Counted from the first letter of the stretch, positions 24,959 through 31,943 are shown. The stretch is DNA of 32,000 nt from Candidatus Saccharimonadota bacterium (GCA_016700375.1 CP065016.1:750001-782000), one strand, 5' to 3'. A program made the numbers and translations. Notes: a model not told the origin generated them from the sequence alone.

Positions 24959-25645
24959 ATGTCTGACAAGCGCTGGCACCGCGCCAATACCATTTTACTA
25001 ACTGCAATTATCCTCATAAACAGCTATATCATTGCGCTGCCGGTTTTGCCCGGCCTTTCATACTGGTGGCAAACCCGTGGTGGCTCTGCAGAACAGGCGC
25101 TCACCGAACGCCTCAACAAGCCAAGTTTCACCCAGGATGGCAAAAACACCCCTGATGCGTTTCACGCCGATGCCTCCCACGACGGTCTCATTATTCCAAA
25201 GATGCTGCTTGAAACCCCACTTATTGAGGGACCAAAACGAGATAGTTTTGCACTACTCAATAAAGGCGCCTGGCGTCTCCCGTTTGCGAGCAGTCCAGAC
25301 AAGGGCGGCAACACGGTCATTGCTGGTCACCGCTTTAGTTACACTGGCCCCAGAGGTATCTTTTATTTCCTAAATAAGCTCGAACCGGGTGATGACATTG
25401 GACTGTGGTACCAGGGGAAACTGTACCGCTACCGCGTTGAGTCTAGTCGTACCCATGCAGCGACCGATACGTACGTTCAGGGACCCACCGAAGACACCCG
25501 ACTCACCCTCTACACCTGTACGCCCCTCTGGAACCCAGTGAATCGCCTCGTCGTTGTTGCAAAACCACTCCCAGGTGAAAATCCGGCCACCATAACAGAT
25601 CAATTAACCACAGATGAAGTAAAGCCCACAGGAGTAACCCCGTGA
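24959..25645 (+). CDS. Sortase-family transpeptidase
   Basis: 228-aa ORF with an N-terminal TM anchor, the catalytic His (NTVIAGHR), the TLxTC motif (RLTLYTCTP) and a downstream conserved Arg (VNRLVVVA). Confidence 0.85.
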   Translation: MSDKRWHRANTILLTAIILINSYIIALPVLPGLSYWWQTRGGSAEQALTERLNKPSFTQDGKNTPDAFHADASHDGLIIPKMLLETPLIEGPKRDSFALLNKGAWRLPFASSPDKGGNTVIAGHRFSYTGPRGIFYFLNKLEPGDDIGLWYQGKLYRYRVESSRTHAATDTYVQGPTEDTRLTLYTCTPLWNPVNRLVVVAKPLPGENPATITDQLTTDEVKPTGVTP

Positions 25646-25746
25646 CAGAAAAAACCAAGTTTTTTGTGCTGCTTTTTTTGCTCGCCCTGAGCCTAGCTCT
25701 CCTTTGGTACCTCAACCACAACGCCCAAAACATTTTGCTCGGCTAG
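25642..25746 (+). CDS. Candidate 34-aa single-TM micro-protein coupled to sortase
   Basis: The GTG start overlaps the sortase stop (GTGA), with AGGAG 7 nt upstream. The product is (M)TEKTKFFVLLFLLALSLALLWYLNHNAQNILLG. It falls below the ORF-track length threshold. Confidence 0.4.
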   Translation: MTEKTKFFVLLFLLALSLALLWYLNHNAQNILLG

Positions 25747-25753
25747 ACGTAGA

Positions 25754-25782
25754 TTGACTAACCTTTATGCTTATGGTAAAGT
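25754..25782 (+). promoter_or_regulatory. Promoter TTGACT-17-TAAAGT, 6 nt before ATG 25789
   Basis: The hexamers are near-consensus with optimal spacing. The ATG sits at the expected +1 position. Confidence 0.6.
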
Positions 25783-25788
25783 GTGTAT

Positions 25789-26313
25789 ATGTTCAACCAA
25801 TCCGGCCGTAATGCTTTCTCACCGAGCAACCAGCCACGTCGCATGCCGAGTCAGCCTAGTCCAGCGAGTAGCACAACCAAAGGCTTTGGGGCACAAATTC
25901 GCCCCGATTTTATGCAAGCCTCTCGGCCTTCTGCTACGGGTCAGCCCCCCGCGCACATGCAACGCATAAAGTCAGATGGCTTTCAGACCATGTCGCCACA
26001 AAGCCAGCGCGCCGCCCTGTTCGACCAAGCTCGACAGCAGGCTAAGCAATCGTTTCAGTCGAATTATCAATCCCATACTGGGGTAAGTGGTCCTTTGCCC
26101 GGTGGCCTCACCGAACGACAGCGAATGGATTTTGAAACGCTCAAGCGTACCAATCCACTTGCCGCCGAAAAACAGCTCCAGATCTACCAGCAGAACTCTG
26201 ACATCCGCTACAACAAACCGGGTACAACACCACAGCCCCCAACCAGCTCCGGCCTCACCTACCGCCGCCCACCCACCAGCTTCAACGGCCCCCGCCGCCC
26301 CTTCGGCAAATAG
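25789..26313 (+). CDS. Hypothetical basic, Q/P/S-rich low-complexity protein
   Basis: ATG 25789 lies 6 nt after a TTGACT-17-TAAAGT promoter. The product is 174 aa, has no TM or signal peptide, and is R/K/Q/P-rich throughout. Confidence 0.55.
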   Translation: MFNQSGRNAFSPSNQPRRMPSQPSPASSTTKGFGAQIRPDFMQASRPSATGQPPAHMQRIKSDGFQTMSPQSQRAALFDQARQQAKQSFQSNYQSHTGVSGPLPGGLTERQRMDFETLKRTNPLAAEKQLQIYQQNSDIRYNKPGTTPQPPTSSGLTYRRPPTSFNGPRRPFGK

Positions 26314-26336
26314 AATATTTTTGTATGAAATATGTA

Positions 26337-26364
26337 TTGACTTTCCATACATTTTCTATACAAT
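26337..26364 (+). promoter_or_regulatory. RHH-PIN operon promoter TTGACT-16-TACAAT
   Basis: The hexamers were read directly. An imperfect inverted repeat (GTATGAAA / TTTCCATAC) flanks the -35 box and is a plausible antitoxin operator. Confidence 0.55.
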
Positions 26365-26383
26365 ACGTTGATAGGTTAGCGCT

Positions 26384-26650
26384 TTGAAAACATCTTCACA
26401 AACATTTAATATTTCGTTTCCGCAGGCACTGGTGCAGGAAATTGACGCTGTGGCTGCCGAGCAGTTCGGTTCGCGCAGCGATTTTCTGCGAGCAGCTGCT
26501 ATCCAGTACCTTAAGAACGAAAAAGAATGGGACTATATATTCCGTGAGGGCAAAAAAATTGGCGCCAAAGACGCGTCTGCACCAGAGGCGGAAATTCTTG
26601 CAGACCTTACCGCTCAGCGCCGAAAGTCTGGCCGCTGGCACGTCCGCTAA
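26384..26650 (+). CDS. Ribbon-helix-helix (CopG/MetJ-like) antitoxin
   Basis: TTG is the only possible start because an in-frame TAG lies 6 nt upstream. The N-terminal beta-strand FNISFPQAL and the helices VQEIDAVAAEQFGSRSDFLRAAAIQYL fit the RHH fold. It sits directly upstream of a PIN gene. Confidence 0.7.
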   Translation: MKTSSQTFNISFPQALVQEIDAVAAEQFGSRSDFLRAAAIQYLKNEKEWDYIFREGKKIGAKDASAPEAEILADLTAQRRKSGRWHVR

Positions 26651-27047
26651 TAACCGCTACAATATAGTCGTCGACACAAACGTCCTCATAAGCGCGTTGT
26701 ATTTTGGAGGCACGCCCGAGACGGTGCTACGGCACATTTGCGTACATCACACCATGATACTCTCTGATTTCATTGTGGAAGAACTGGTGCAGCAATCAAA
26801 AAGGAAGTTAGCTATTTCCCAAAAAGAGATTCGGTTTATCCGAACAAAGCTAGAAGAATACTGTCACAGCTATGAACCCGACCCTGCAATCAAGGTTCGC
26901 GATATTAATGACACCGATGTTGTGGCGCTCGCCCGCGAATACCATGCACTTATCATAACCGGTGACCAAGATTTGTTGGGCTACCGCGACCACACGCCAA
27001 TGGCGGTGCTTTCCGTCGCCGACTACACTGAACTTTTCATCGACTAA
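26598..27047 (+). CDS. PIN-domain toxin (TIGR00305-like PIN family); start uncertain
   Basis: The PIN core is IVVDTNVLISALYFGG...DINDTDVVALA...IITGDQDLL. No ATG or GTG lies near the domain start. TTG 26598, with GAGG 9 nt upstream, is the best candidate and overlaps the RHH gene by 53 nt. Confidence 0.65.
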   Translation: MQTLPLSAESLAAGTSANNRYNIVVDTNVLISALYFGGTPETVLRHICVHHTMILSDFIVEELVQQSKRKLAISQKEIRFIRTKLEEYCHSYEPDPAIKVRDINDTDVVALAREYHALIITGDQDLLGYRDHTPMAVLSVADYTELFID

Positions 27048-27050
27048 CTC

Positions 27051-27085
27051 AAAAACAATCTCGGATTGATTCCGAGATTGTTTTT
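27051..27085. terminator. Bidirectional intrinsic terminator
   Basis: The sequence is AAAAACAATCTCGGA-TTGAT-TCCGAGATTGTTTTT, a perfect 15-bp stem with A/T tracts. It lies between the convergent PIN and groEL genes. Confidence 0.8.
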
Positions 27086-27112
27086 ACCACTTTCAGGAAG
27101 AGCAGCGAAGCG

Positions 27113-27139
27113 ATGAGGAACCCGCCCGGGGTTCCTCAT
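27113..27139 (-). terminator. GC-rich hairpin immediately 3' of groEL
   Basis: The sequence is ATGAGGAACCC-GCCCG-GGGTTCCTCAT, an 11-bp stem lying 4 nt after the groEL stop. It has no U-tract and may act together with the 27051-27085 terminator. Confidence 0.5.
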
Positions 27140-27143
27140 ATAT

Positions 27144-28781
27144 TTACATTCCCATGCCGCCCATATCTGGGGCAGCCGGAGCCTTTGGCTCGGGGACTTC
27201 TACCACTAGGGCGCCCATGGTCATACTGGTGCCTGCTATGGAAGCGGCGTTTTGCAGTGCCTCTTTGGTGACGCGTGTTGGGTCAACCACGCCGGCATTC
27301 TTCAGGTCAACGAGTTTTTCGGGCTTGTTGACGTCTACGCCTTGGCCAGCCTTGGCTTTCTTAACCTGGGGCAGCCACTCGTCGGCATTGAGCCCACTGT
27401 TGGTGAGCAAAATACGAAATGGCTGTTCTAGTGCACGCACAAGCAGAGCTCGGCCAGCGGCCACAGCATCGTCGTCATCGTCGGTCGACACAACAGATGA
27501 AAGGTTAATGAGCGTTACACCACCACCGGGCACAATACCTTCGGCCAGGGCAGCCTTTACGGCAGCTACTGCGTCATCAACACGGTATTTCTTTTCCTCT
27601 ATTTCGGTTTCGGTTGCACCGCCAACTTTTATGACGGCAACACGACCAGAGAGAGCCGCGTGGCGCTTCTGGTAGTTTTCGCGGTCGTACTCGCTGCTAG
27701 CAGCGTCGGCCTGCGCAGCAATCTGCTGCATACGAGCCTTCACATCGGCAGCCGAACCAGCTCCTTCAATGATGGTCGTTTCGTCTTTGCCCACAATAAC
27801 CTTGCGAGCCGTACCCACGACATCGAGCTCAACATTTTCAAAGTTCATGCCGCGGTCTTCGGTAATCACCTGCGCACCGGTGAGAACAGCAATATCCTCG
27901 AGCATTTCCTTACGCTTGTCACCAAAGGCTGGAGCCTTGATGGCGACCGTGTTAAAGACGCCCTTCAAGCGGTTCAGCACTAGCGTACCGAGTGCTTCAC
28001 CCTCTACATCCTCACACAGGAGTACAAGGTCTTTTTTACCGGCTTGCGCCAGTTTTTCGAGCAGCGGCAAAAACTCTTGCACGCTCGAAACTTTTTTATC
28101 CGTAATAACAATGGCCGGTTTATTGTACACAGCCTCCATGCGACCAGTGTCGGTCACCATGTACGGGCTCACGAACCCACGGTCGAATGTAAAGCCTTCC
28201 ACTACTTCGCTTTCAAGCCCAAGGCCCTGGCCCTGCTCTACCGTCACGACGCCGTCGCGGCCGACCTTGTCCATGACATCAGCAATCAGGTCGCCAATGG
28301 CGCTATCGCCAGCCGAAATGGTTGCCACCTCTGCTACGCGCTTTTTGTTGCCCTGAATATCCTCGCTCAAACCTTCGAGCTTGGTGATTACTTCGTGCGC
28401 CGCTGCCTCAAGGCCTTTGCGCAGCAGCATGGGGTTGTGACCCGCCGCAATCAATTTGTTGGCTTCGTTCAAGATGTGGTAGGTCAGCACAGTTACGGTG
28501 GTGGTACCGTCTCCAGCGACATCGTTCATTTTGTTTGCCGCCTGCTTAATGAGCTCTGCACCAACTTTGTAGCCGAGCGTCTCATCGTCTACGTCAGCGA
28601 TATCGACGCCCTTAGCCACTGTCACACCGTCGTGCGTGACGCTCGGTGCACCGTAGGATTTGCTAATCACCACGTTGCGACCCTTTGGCCCCATGGTGGT
28701 CTTTACCGCATTGTATAAAATTTCGGCTCCAGCGAGCACTCGCCGCCTAGCCTCTTCATCGTAAAAAACTTTCTTTGCCAT
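27144..28781 (-). CDS. groEL: Chaperonin GroEL (Cpn60)
   Basis: 545-aa ORF with an AAGGAG SD. It has the canonical AGDGTTTVTVL motif, full-length collinearity and a GGM-type C-terminal tail (PDMGGMGM). Confidence 0.98.
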   Translation of the reverse strand: MAKKVFYDEEARRRVLAGAEILYNAVKTTMGPKGRNVVISKSYGAPSVTHDGVTVAKGVDIADVDDETLGYKVGAELIKQAANKMNDVAGDGTTTVTVLTYHILNEANKLIAAGHNPMLLRKGLEAAAHEVITKLEGLSEDIQGNKKRVAEVATISAGDSAIGDLIADVMDKVGRDGVVTVEQGQGLGLESEVVEGFTFDRGFVSPYMVTDTGRMEAVYNKPAIVITDKKVSSVQEFLPLLEKLAQAGKKDLVLLCEDVEGEALGTLVLNRLKGVFNTVAIKAPAFGDKRKEMLEDIAVLTGAQVITEDRGMNFENVELDVVGTARKVIVGKDETTIIEGAGSAADVKARMQQIAAQADAASSEYDRENYQKRHAALSGRVAVIKVGGATETEIEEKKYRVDDAVAAVKAALAEGIVPGGGVTLINLSSVVSTDDDDDAVAAGRALLVRALEQPFRILLTNSGLNADEWLPQVKKAKAGQGVDVNKPEKLVDLKNAGVVDPTRVTKEALQNAASIAGTSMTMGALVVEVPEPKAPAAPDMGGMGM

Positions 28782-28804
28782 ATTATCTCCTTCGGATAGG
28801 AATG

Positions 28805-28890
28805 AAGATTAAGGATTAAAGATGAAAGAATCTTTCCCCTTTCCCGTTTTATCATTCCCCTTCGTTAATCGTTAATCTTTCCTCTTTAAT
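28805..28890 (-). other. Structured AT-rich groES-groEL intercistronic element
   Basis: AAGATTAAGGATTAA (28805-28819) pairs with TTAATCGTTAATCTT (28865-28879) at 14 of 15 positions. An alternative register pairs ATTAAAGA (28815-28822) with TCTTTAAT (28883-28890). An inner hairpin GAAAG-AAT-CTTTC lies at 28824-28836. Confidence 0.55.
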
Positions 28891-28893
28891 CAG

Positions 28894-29160
28894 CTATTTA
28901 ACAGTTGCAAGGACGTCTTCTTCTTTGACAAGCAGAAATGTTTCGCTCTCTACCTTCACCTCTGTTTGGCTGTAGCTTTTATACACAATCCGGTCGCCGA
29001 CTTTTATATCGCGCACGCCAACCGCTACGGCGACTACCTTTGCAACTGTTGGCTTTTCTTGGGCATTGCCCGGTATATACAGGCCGCTGGCTGTCTTTTT
29101 GGCCGCCTCTTCGTGCTGCGCCACCACGTAATCTGCTAGCGGCTGAATGGGTACACTCAT
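28894..29160 (-). CDS. groES: Co-chaperonin GroES (Cpn10)
   Basis: 88-aa ORF with an AAGGAGG SD and the mobile-loop region KKTASGLYIPGNAQEKP. It lies upstream of groEL and downstream of a CIRCE operator. Confidence 0.95.
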   Translation of the reverse strand: MSVPIQPLADYVVAQHEEAAKKTASGLYIPGNAQEKPTVAKVVAVAVGVRDIKVGDRIVYKSYSQTEVKVESETFLLVKEEDVLATVK

Positions 29161-29299
29161 ATATCCTCCTTTTACTTGTTGTCATTCCGGGCTTGACCCG
29201 GAATCCAGCTTTCAAATTGTCGCCACAGGCGACATAACTTCCCCTCTTGTCTCTTGACTCATGTCTCATAACTCTCGAGCCAGAGGCGAAGCCGAAGCG

Positions 29300-29339
29300 T
29301 TAGCACTTCTCGCAACCGAGTGCTAACGCATTAGCACTC
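29300..29339 (-). promoter_or_regulatory. CIRCE operator (HrcA site) plus an extra third half-site
   Basis: TTAGCACTT-N9-GAGTGCTAA (29300-29326) differs from the consensus TTAGCACTC-N9-GAGTGCTAA at one base. An additional TTAGCACTC lies at 29331-39, 4 nt away. Confidence 0.9.
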
Positions 29340-29368
29340 ACTATACCCGACTGCCAATTCCCGGTCAA
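29340..29368 (-). promoter_or_regulatory. groESL sigma-70 promoter TTGACC-17-TATAGT
   Basis: On the minus strand the -35 box is at 29368-29363 and the -10 box at 29345-29340. The -10 box abuts the first CIRCE half-site. Confidence 0.75.
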
Positions 29369-29409
29369 GCATACATGTTGGTTTGATATTGAATAAAATA
29401 CTATGGACA

Positions 29410-29751
29410 ATGGAGCTATTTTATGTTAACATGGTGTTTATGCCCTCAAAAACAGAAATACCGGTATTTACTTCAGCGAGCGCCAACTACGGAAACTCTA
29501 CTCCATCCTTTACTGACGTAGTAGATATGGAGCCTCCCACGACTCAACGTGCGCATGAGATAGCCACCTCAGGCACCCTGGGAGTCGCAGGCGCCCCCCA
29601 ATCACAAGGTACACCGAATGCCTCAAAAACAAGTGAGGTTACTACCCTCAAATTTGACCCACGAGTACTTCGCATGGCGCTGGAACTTAGTGGGGGCAAC
29701 AGAGGAAAGTTGGTTTACGGCGAAGATGGCTCTATTTTGGTGAAAAATTAG
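29410..29751 (+). CDS. Hypothetical small protein
   Basis: The frame is open from 29383, with in-frame ATGs at 29410, 29431 and 29440. The N-half is S/T/P-rich and low-complexity, and the C-terminus is more ordered (LKFDPRVLRMALELSGGNRGKLVYGEDGSILV). The start is uncertain and coding status is moderate. Confidence 0.4.
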   Translation: MELFYVNMVFMPSKTEIPVFTSASANYGNSTPSFTDVVDMEPPTTQRAHEIATSGTLGVAGAPQSQGTPNASKTSEVTTLKFDPRVLRMALELSGGNRGKLVYGEDGSILVKN

Positions 29752-29792
29752 GCATAGCACGCACGACGAGATAATTCGCCGAAACAACCATT

Positions 29793-29801
29793 TGCTATAC
29801 T
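29793..29801 (+). promoter_or_regulatory. Extended -10 box TGcTATACT, 6 nt before ATG 29808
   Basis: The sequence reads tTGCTATACT-gctctc-ATG, with no SD, in leaderless geometry. Confidence 0.55.
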
Positions 29802-29807
29802 GCTCTC

Positions 29808-30695
29808 ATGCAACCACAGATGAACAAAACGGTACTTATGAGTGGGGCTGAATACTTCGATGATGGGCAGGCCATAAACCCGTTTATGGATAGTGCACAG
29901 GTTGTCGACGTAGCACGAGCCATCGCAGAGCACACGCAGCTTCGGGAGACGCTTGAAAGTATAGGTGTTACCGTAGTCAAGACCGCTGCGCCGCCAGACC
30001 TGCAAGACGGGGTCTACACCGCCAACTGGGCACTGGTGCGTGGCGACAAAGCCGTGCTATCTAGCCTACCACCATCACGCTGTGGCGAACAGCGCTACGC
30101 CGAAGAAGCTCTGAAGAAGCTCGGGAAACGGGTTTATACCGTACCAAATGACCGAAAGTTTAGCGGCCAGGGTGATGCCCTTCCCTGTGGCAATTATCTC
30201 TTTTGCGGCAGCGGCTACCGCACAGACCCCGAAGTTCATCCATACCTAGCAGAAACGCTCGGCTATGAAGTAATGACCCTTCGCACCATCCCCCAGATAG
30301 ACAAAACCGGAAACCCAGTAACAAACCCTGTTTCTGGCTGGGCCGATAGCTATTTTTATGACCTTGACCTTGCGCTGTCCGTGCTTCGGTTCCCCGCCGC
30401 AGAACAAAAAGGCCTTATTGCCTGGTGCCCAGAAGCTTTTATGCCTGAGTCTCGCGATACCCTTGCCAACTTTGGTGGTGTTGAAAAAATAGAGGTGAGC
30501 TTTGCCGAGGCGAAAGAAGCCTTTGCCTGCAATCTCGTTAGCACTGGCAGTACTGTTGTTATGAGCGCAAACGCTCCTGAACTTCGGGCCGCCATAGAAG
30601 CTCACGGTCTTCAGACTATCACACTCAGCATGCCCGAACTGGCCAAGGGTGGTGGTTTTATCCGCTGCACCACCCTCACCCTTGACAATGAATAG
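29808..30695 (+). CDS. Amidinotransferase/DDAH-fold enzyme (guanidino-group-modifying superfamily)
   Basis: 295-aa ORF. The C-terminal catalytic-Cys motif GGGFIRCTTL is characteristic of DDAH, arginine deiminase and amidinotransferase enzymes, and the repeated beta-beta-alpha-beta module pattern is present. The ATG lies 6 nt after an extended -10 box (TGcTATACT). Confidence 0.7.
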   Translation: MQPQMNKTVLMSGAEYFDDGQAINPFMDSAQVVDVARAIAEHTQLRETLESIGVTVVKTAAPPDLQDGVYTANWALVRGDKAVLSSLPPSRCGEQRYAEEALKKLGKRVYTVPNDRKFSGQGDALPCGNYLFCGSGYRTDPEVHPYLAETLGYEVMTLRTIPQIDKTGNPVTNPVSGWADSYFYDLDLALSVLRFPAAEQKGLIAWCPEAFMPESRDTLANFGGVEKIEVSFAEAKEAFACNLVSTGSTVVMSANAPELRAAIEAHGLQTITLSMPELAKGGGFIRCTTLTLDNE

Positions 30696-30698
30696 AAC

Positions 30699-31943
30699 TT
30701 GGTTTTTAGTATATTTATGATATCTGCCCCGCATACTGAGGCGTTTCCATCCGCTCCGATTCTGCCATTTGAAGAGGCTTTTGTGCCATCGGTTGATTGT
30801 GCTGAAAAGCTCGAAAAAATAGCAAGGCGAATTGCCGCCTGCATTGGGTTAGGAGCACTGGCAGTTGGGGGGCTGGCAAGGACCGATAGTGCAATTAACC
30901 CTGTCTGGGAGGCGGGACTGGGCCGGCCAGATGTAAACATTGAGCATATCGTCAACGATACTGAACCAAGTGACACCCTAGTTACTATTGCCACCACTCC
31001 TGGTTTCAATGCCAACTACGATGACATGGCCCAGGCAAAAAAGGAGATAGCCAGAGAATATAACGCTAGGCTTGTTTTTGCCCGCAACGGAAACAAAAAT
31101 GTTGACGCAAAAACAATTGCATCACGCATATTTGAGGACATGCCCGCTCCGCGCGAAAATCGTTTTGGTGAAAGCACGCAAAAAAGACTACTCATTCTTG
31201 ATGGCCATAGCATGGGGGGTAAGACGGCACTCGTTGTCGCAGCCTGGTTCGTGGGGCACCATCCCGACATACAGGTAACCATGGTAATGGACTCTACTCC
31301 TTACAGCACTTCAGATGTGCAAGGTCTTGCGGCGCAAAGCGTTGTCCGCGGCTTAAGTGTAGGGGCCCCTCGCAAGAAACAATCGAATCCCACCTTTTCA
31401 ATTGGCCCTGGAGCTCGCTTTATAGCAGAGTCGATAAATAGACTGTCCGAGGAACCAGCACGAGTGGTCACCGATAGACTCTTTGTTGCTCAGACGCTCG
31501 CCGATAAGTTCCGAAATCTGAGCGCTCACAACCAACCGCTTGGAAACAGTGCCCTTTCGGCCGAAGCGGATATTATTGACGCCCCAATTCCTCAAGATAT
31601 AGTTGACCGACTTACAGCTGCTGGCGTCAATATCATCAGACTATCTCCCGACCAAGACACAACTGTATACAACGACTCTTCAGTAAAGGCATTTACGAGC
31701 GATTTTGGGGCTAATTTTTGCAATCTGCCTGTTTTGGGCGCCACGCATGGTAGCCCAAACGAAAGTGCTAGCCACGCTGCTTACATGGAACGTTGGCAAC
31801 AAATACTTGGCGGCATTATCGGCCTGCGTCCCCACAGCAACCTATCCGACAGATATATTGGCCATATCGTTATCCCCGCCGCTTCAAGCGCAGTCGATCA
31901 AGCTATCGCGCGTCAGCCGCTGCTTACAAAATGTGAAAGCTAA
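30699..31943 (+). CDS. Membrane-anchored alpha/beta hydrolase (putative esterase/lipase)
   Basis: TTG 30699 lies 3 nt after the upstream stop; ATG 30717 is an alternative start. An N-terminal TM segment (ACIGLGALAVGGLA) is present. The nucleophile elbow is LILDGHSMGGKTA, and the candidate acid and His residues are VMDSTP and LGATHGSPN. Confidence 0.6.
   Translation: MVFSIFMISAPHTEAFPSAPILPFEEAFVPSVDCAEKLEKIARRIAACIGLGALAVGGLARTDSAINPVWEAGLGRPDVNIEHIVNDTEPSDTLVTIATTPGFNANYDDMAQAKKEIAREYNARLVFARNGNKNVDAKTIASRIFEDMPAPRENRFGESTQKRLLILDGHSMGGKTALVVAAWFVGHHPDIQVTMVMDSTPYSTSDVQGLAAQSVVRGLSVGAPRKKQSNPTFSIGPGARFIAESINRLSEEPARVVTDRLFVAQTLADKFRNLSAHNQPLGNSALSAEADIIDAPIPQDIVDRLTAAGVNIIRLSPDQDTTVYNDSSVKAFTSDFGANFCNLPVLGATHGSPNESASHAAYMERWQQILGGIIGLRPHSNLSDRYIGHIVIPAASSAVDQAIARQPLLTKCES

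Noticed and set aside
26442-26597. ATG 26442 as the start of the PIN toxin (201-aa ORF in the track)
   Set aside because: It would overlap the RHH antitoxin gene by about 200 nt in another frame and add about 65 non-homologous basic residues before the PIN core.
27154-28718. Three long plus-strand ORFs (173, 195 and 224 aa) antisense to groEL
   Set aside because: They lie wholly inside the unambiguous groEL gene and have low-complexity S/A/T/R-rich translations with no SD or promoter. They are typical shadow ORFs.
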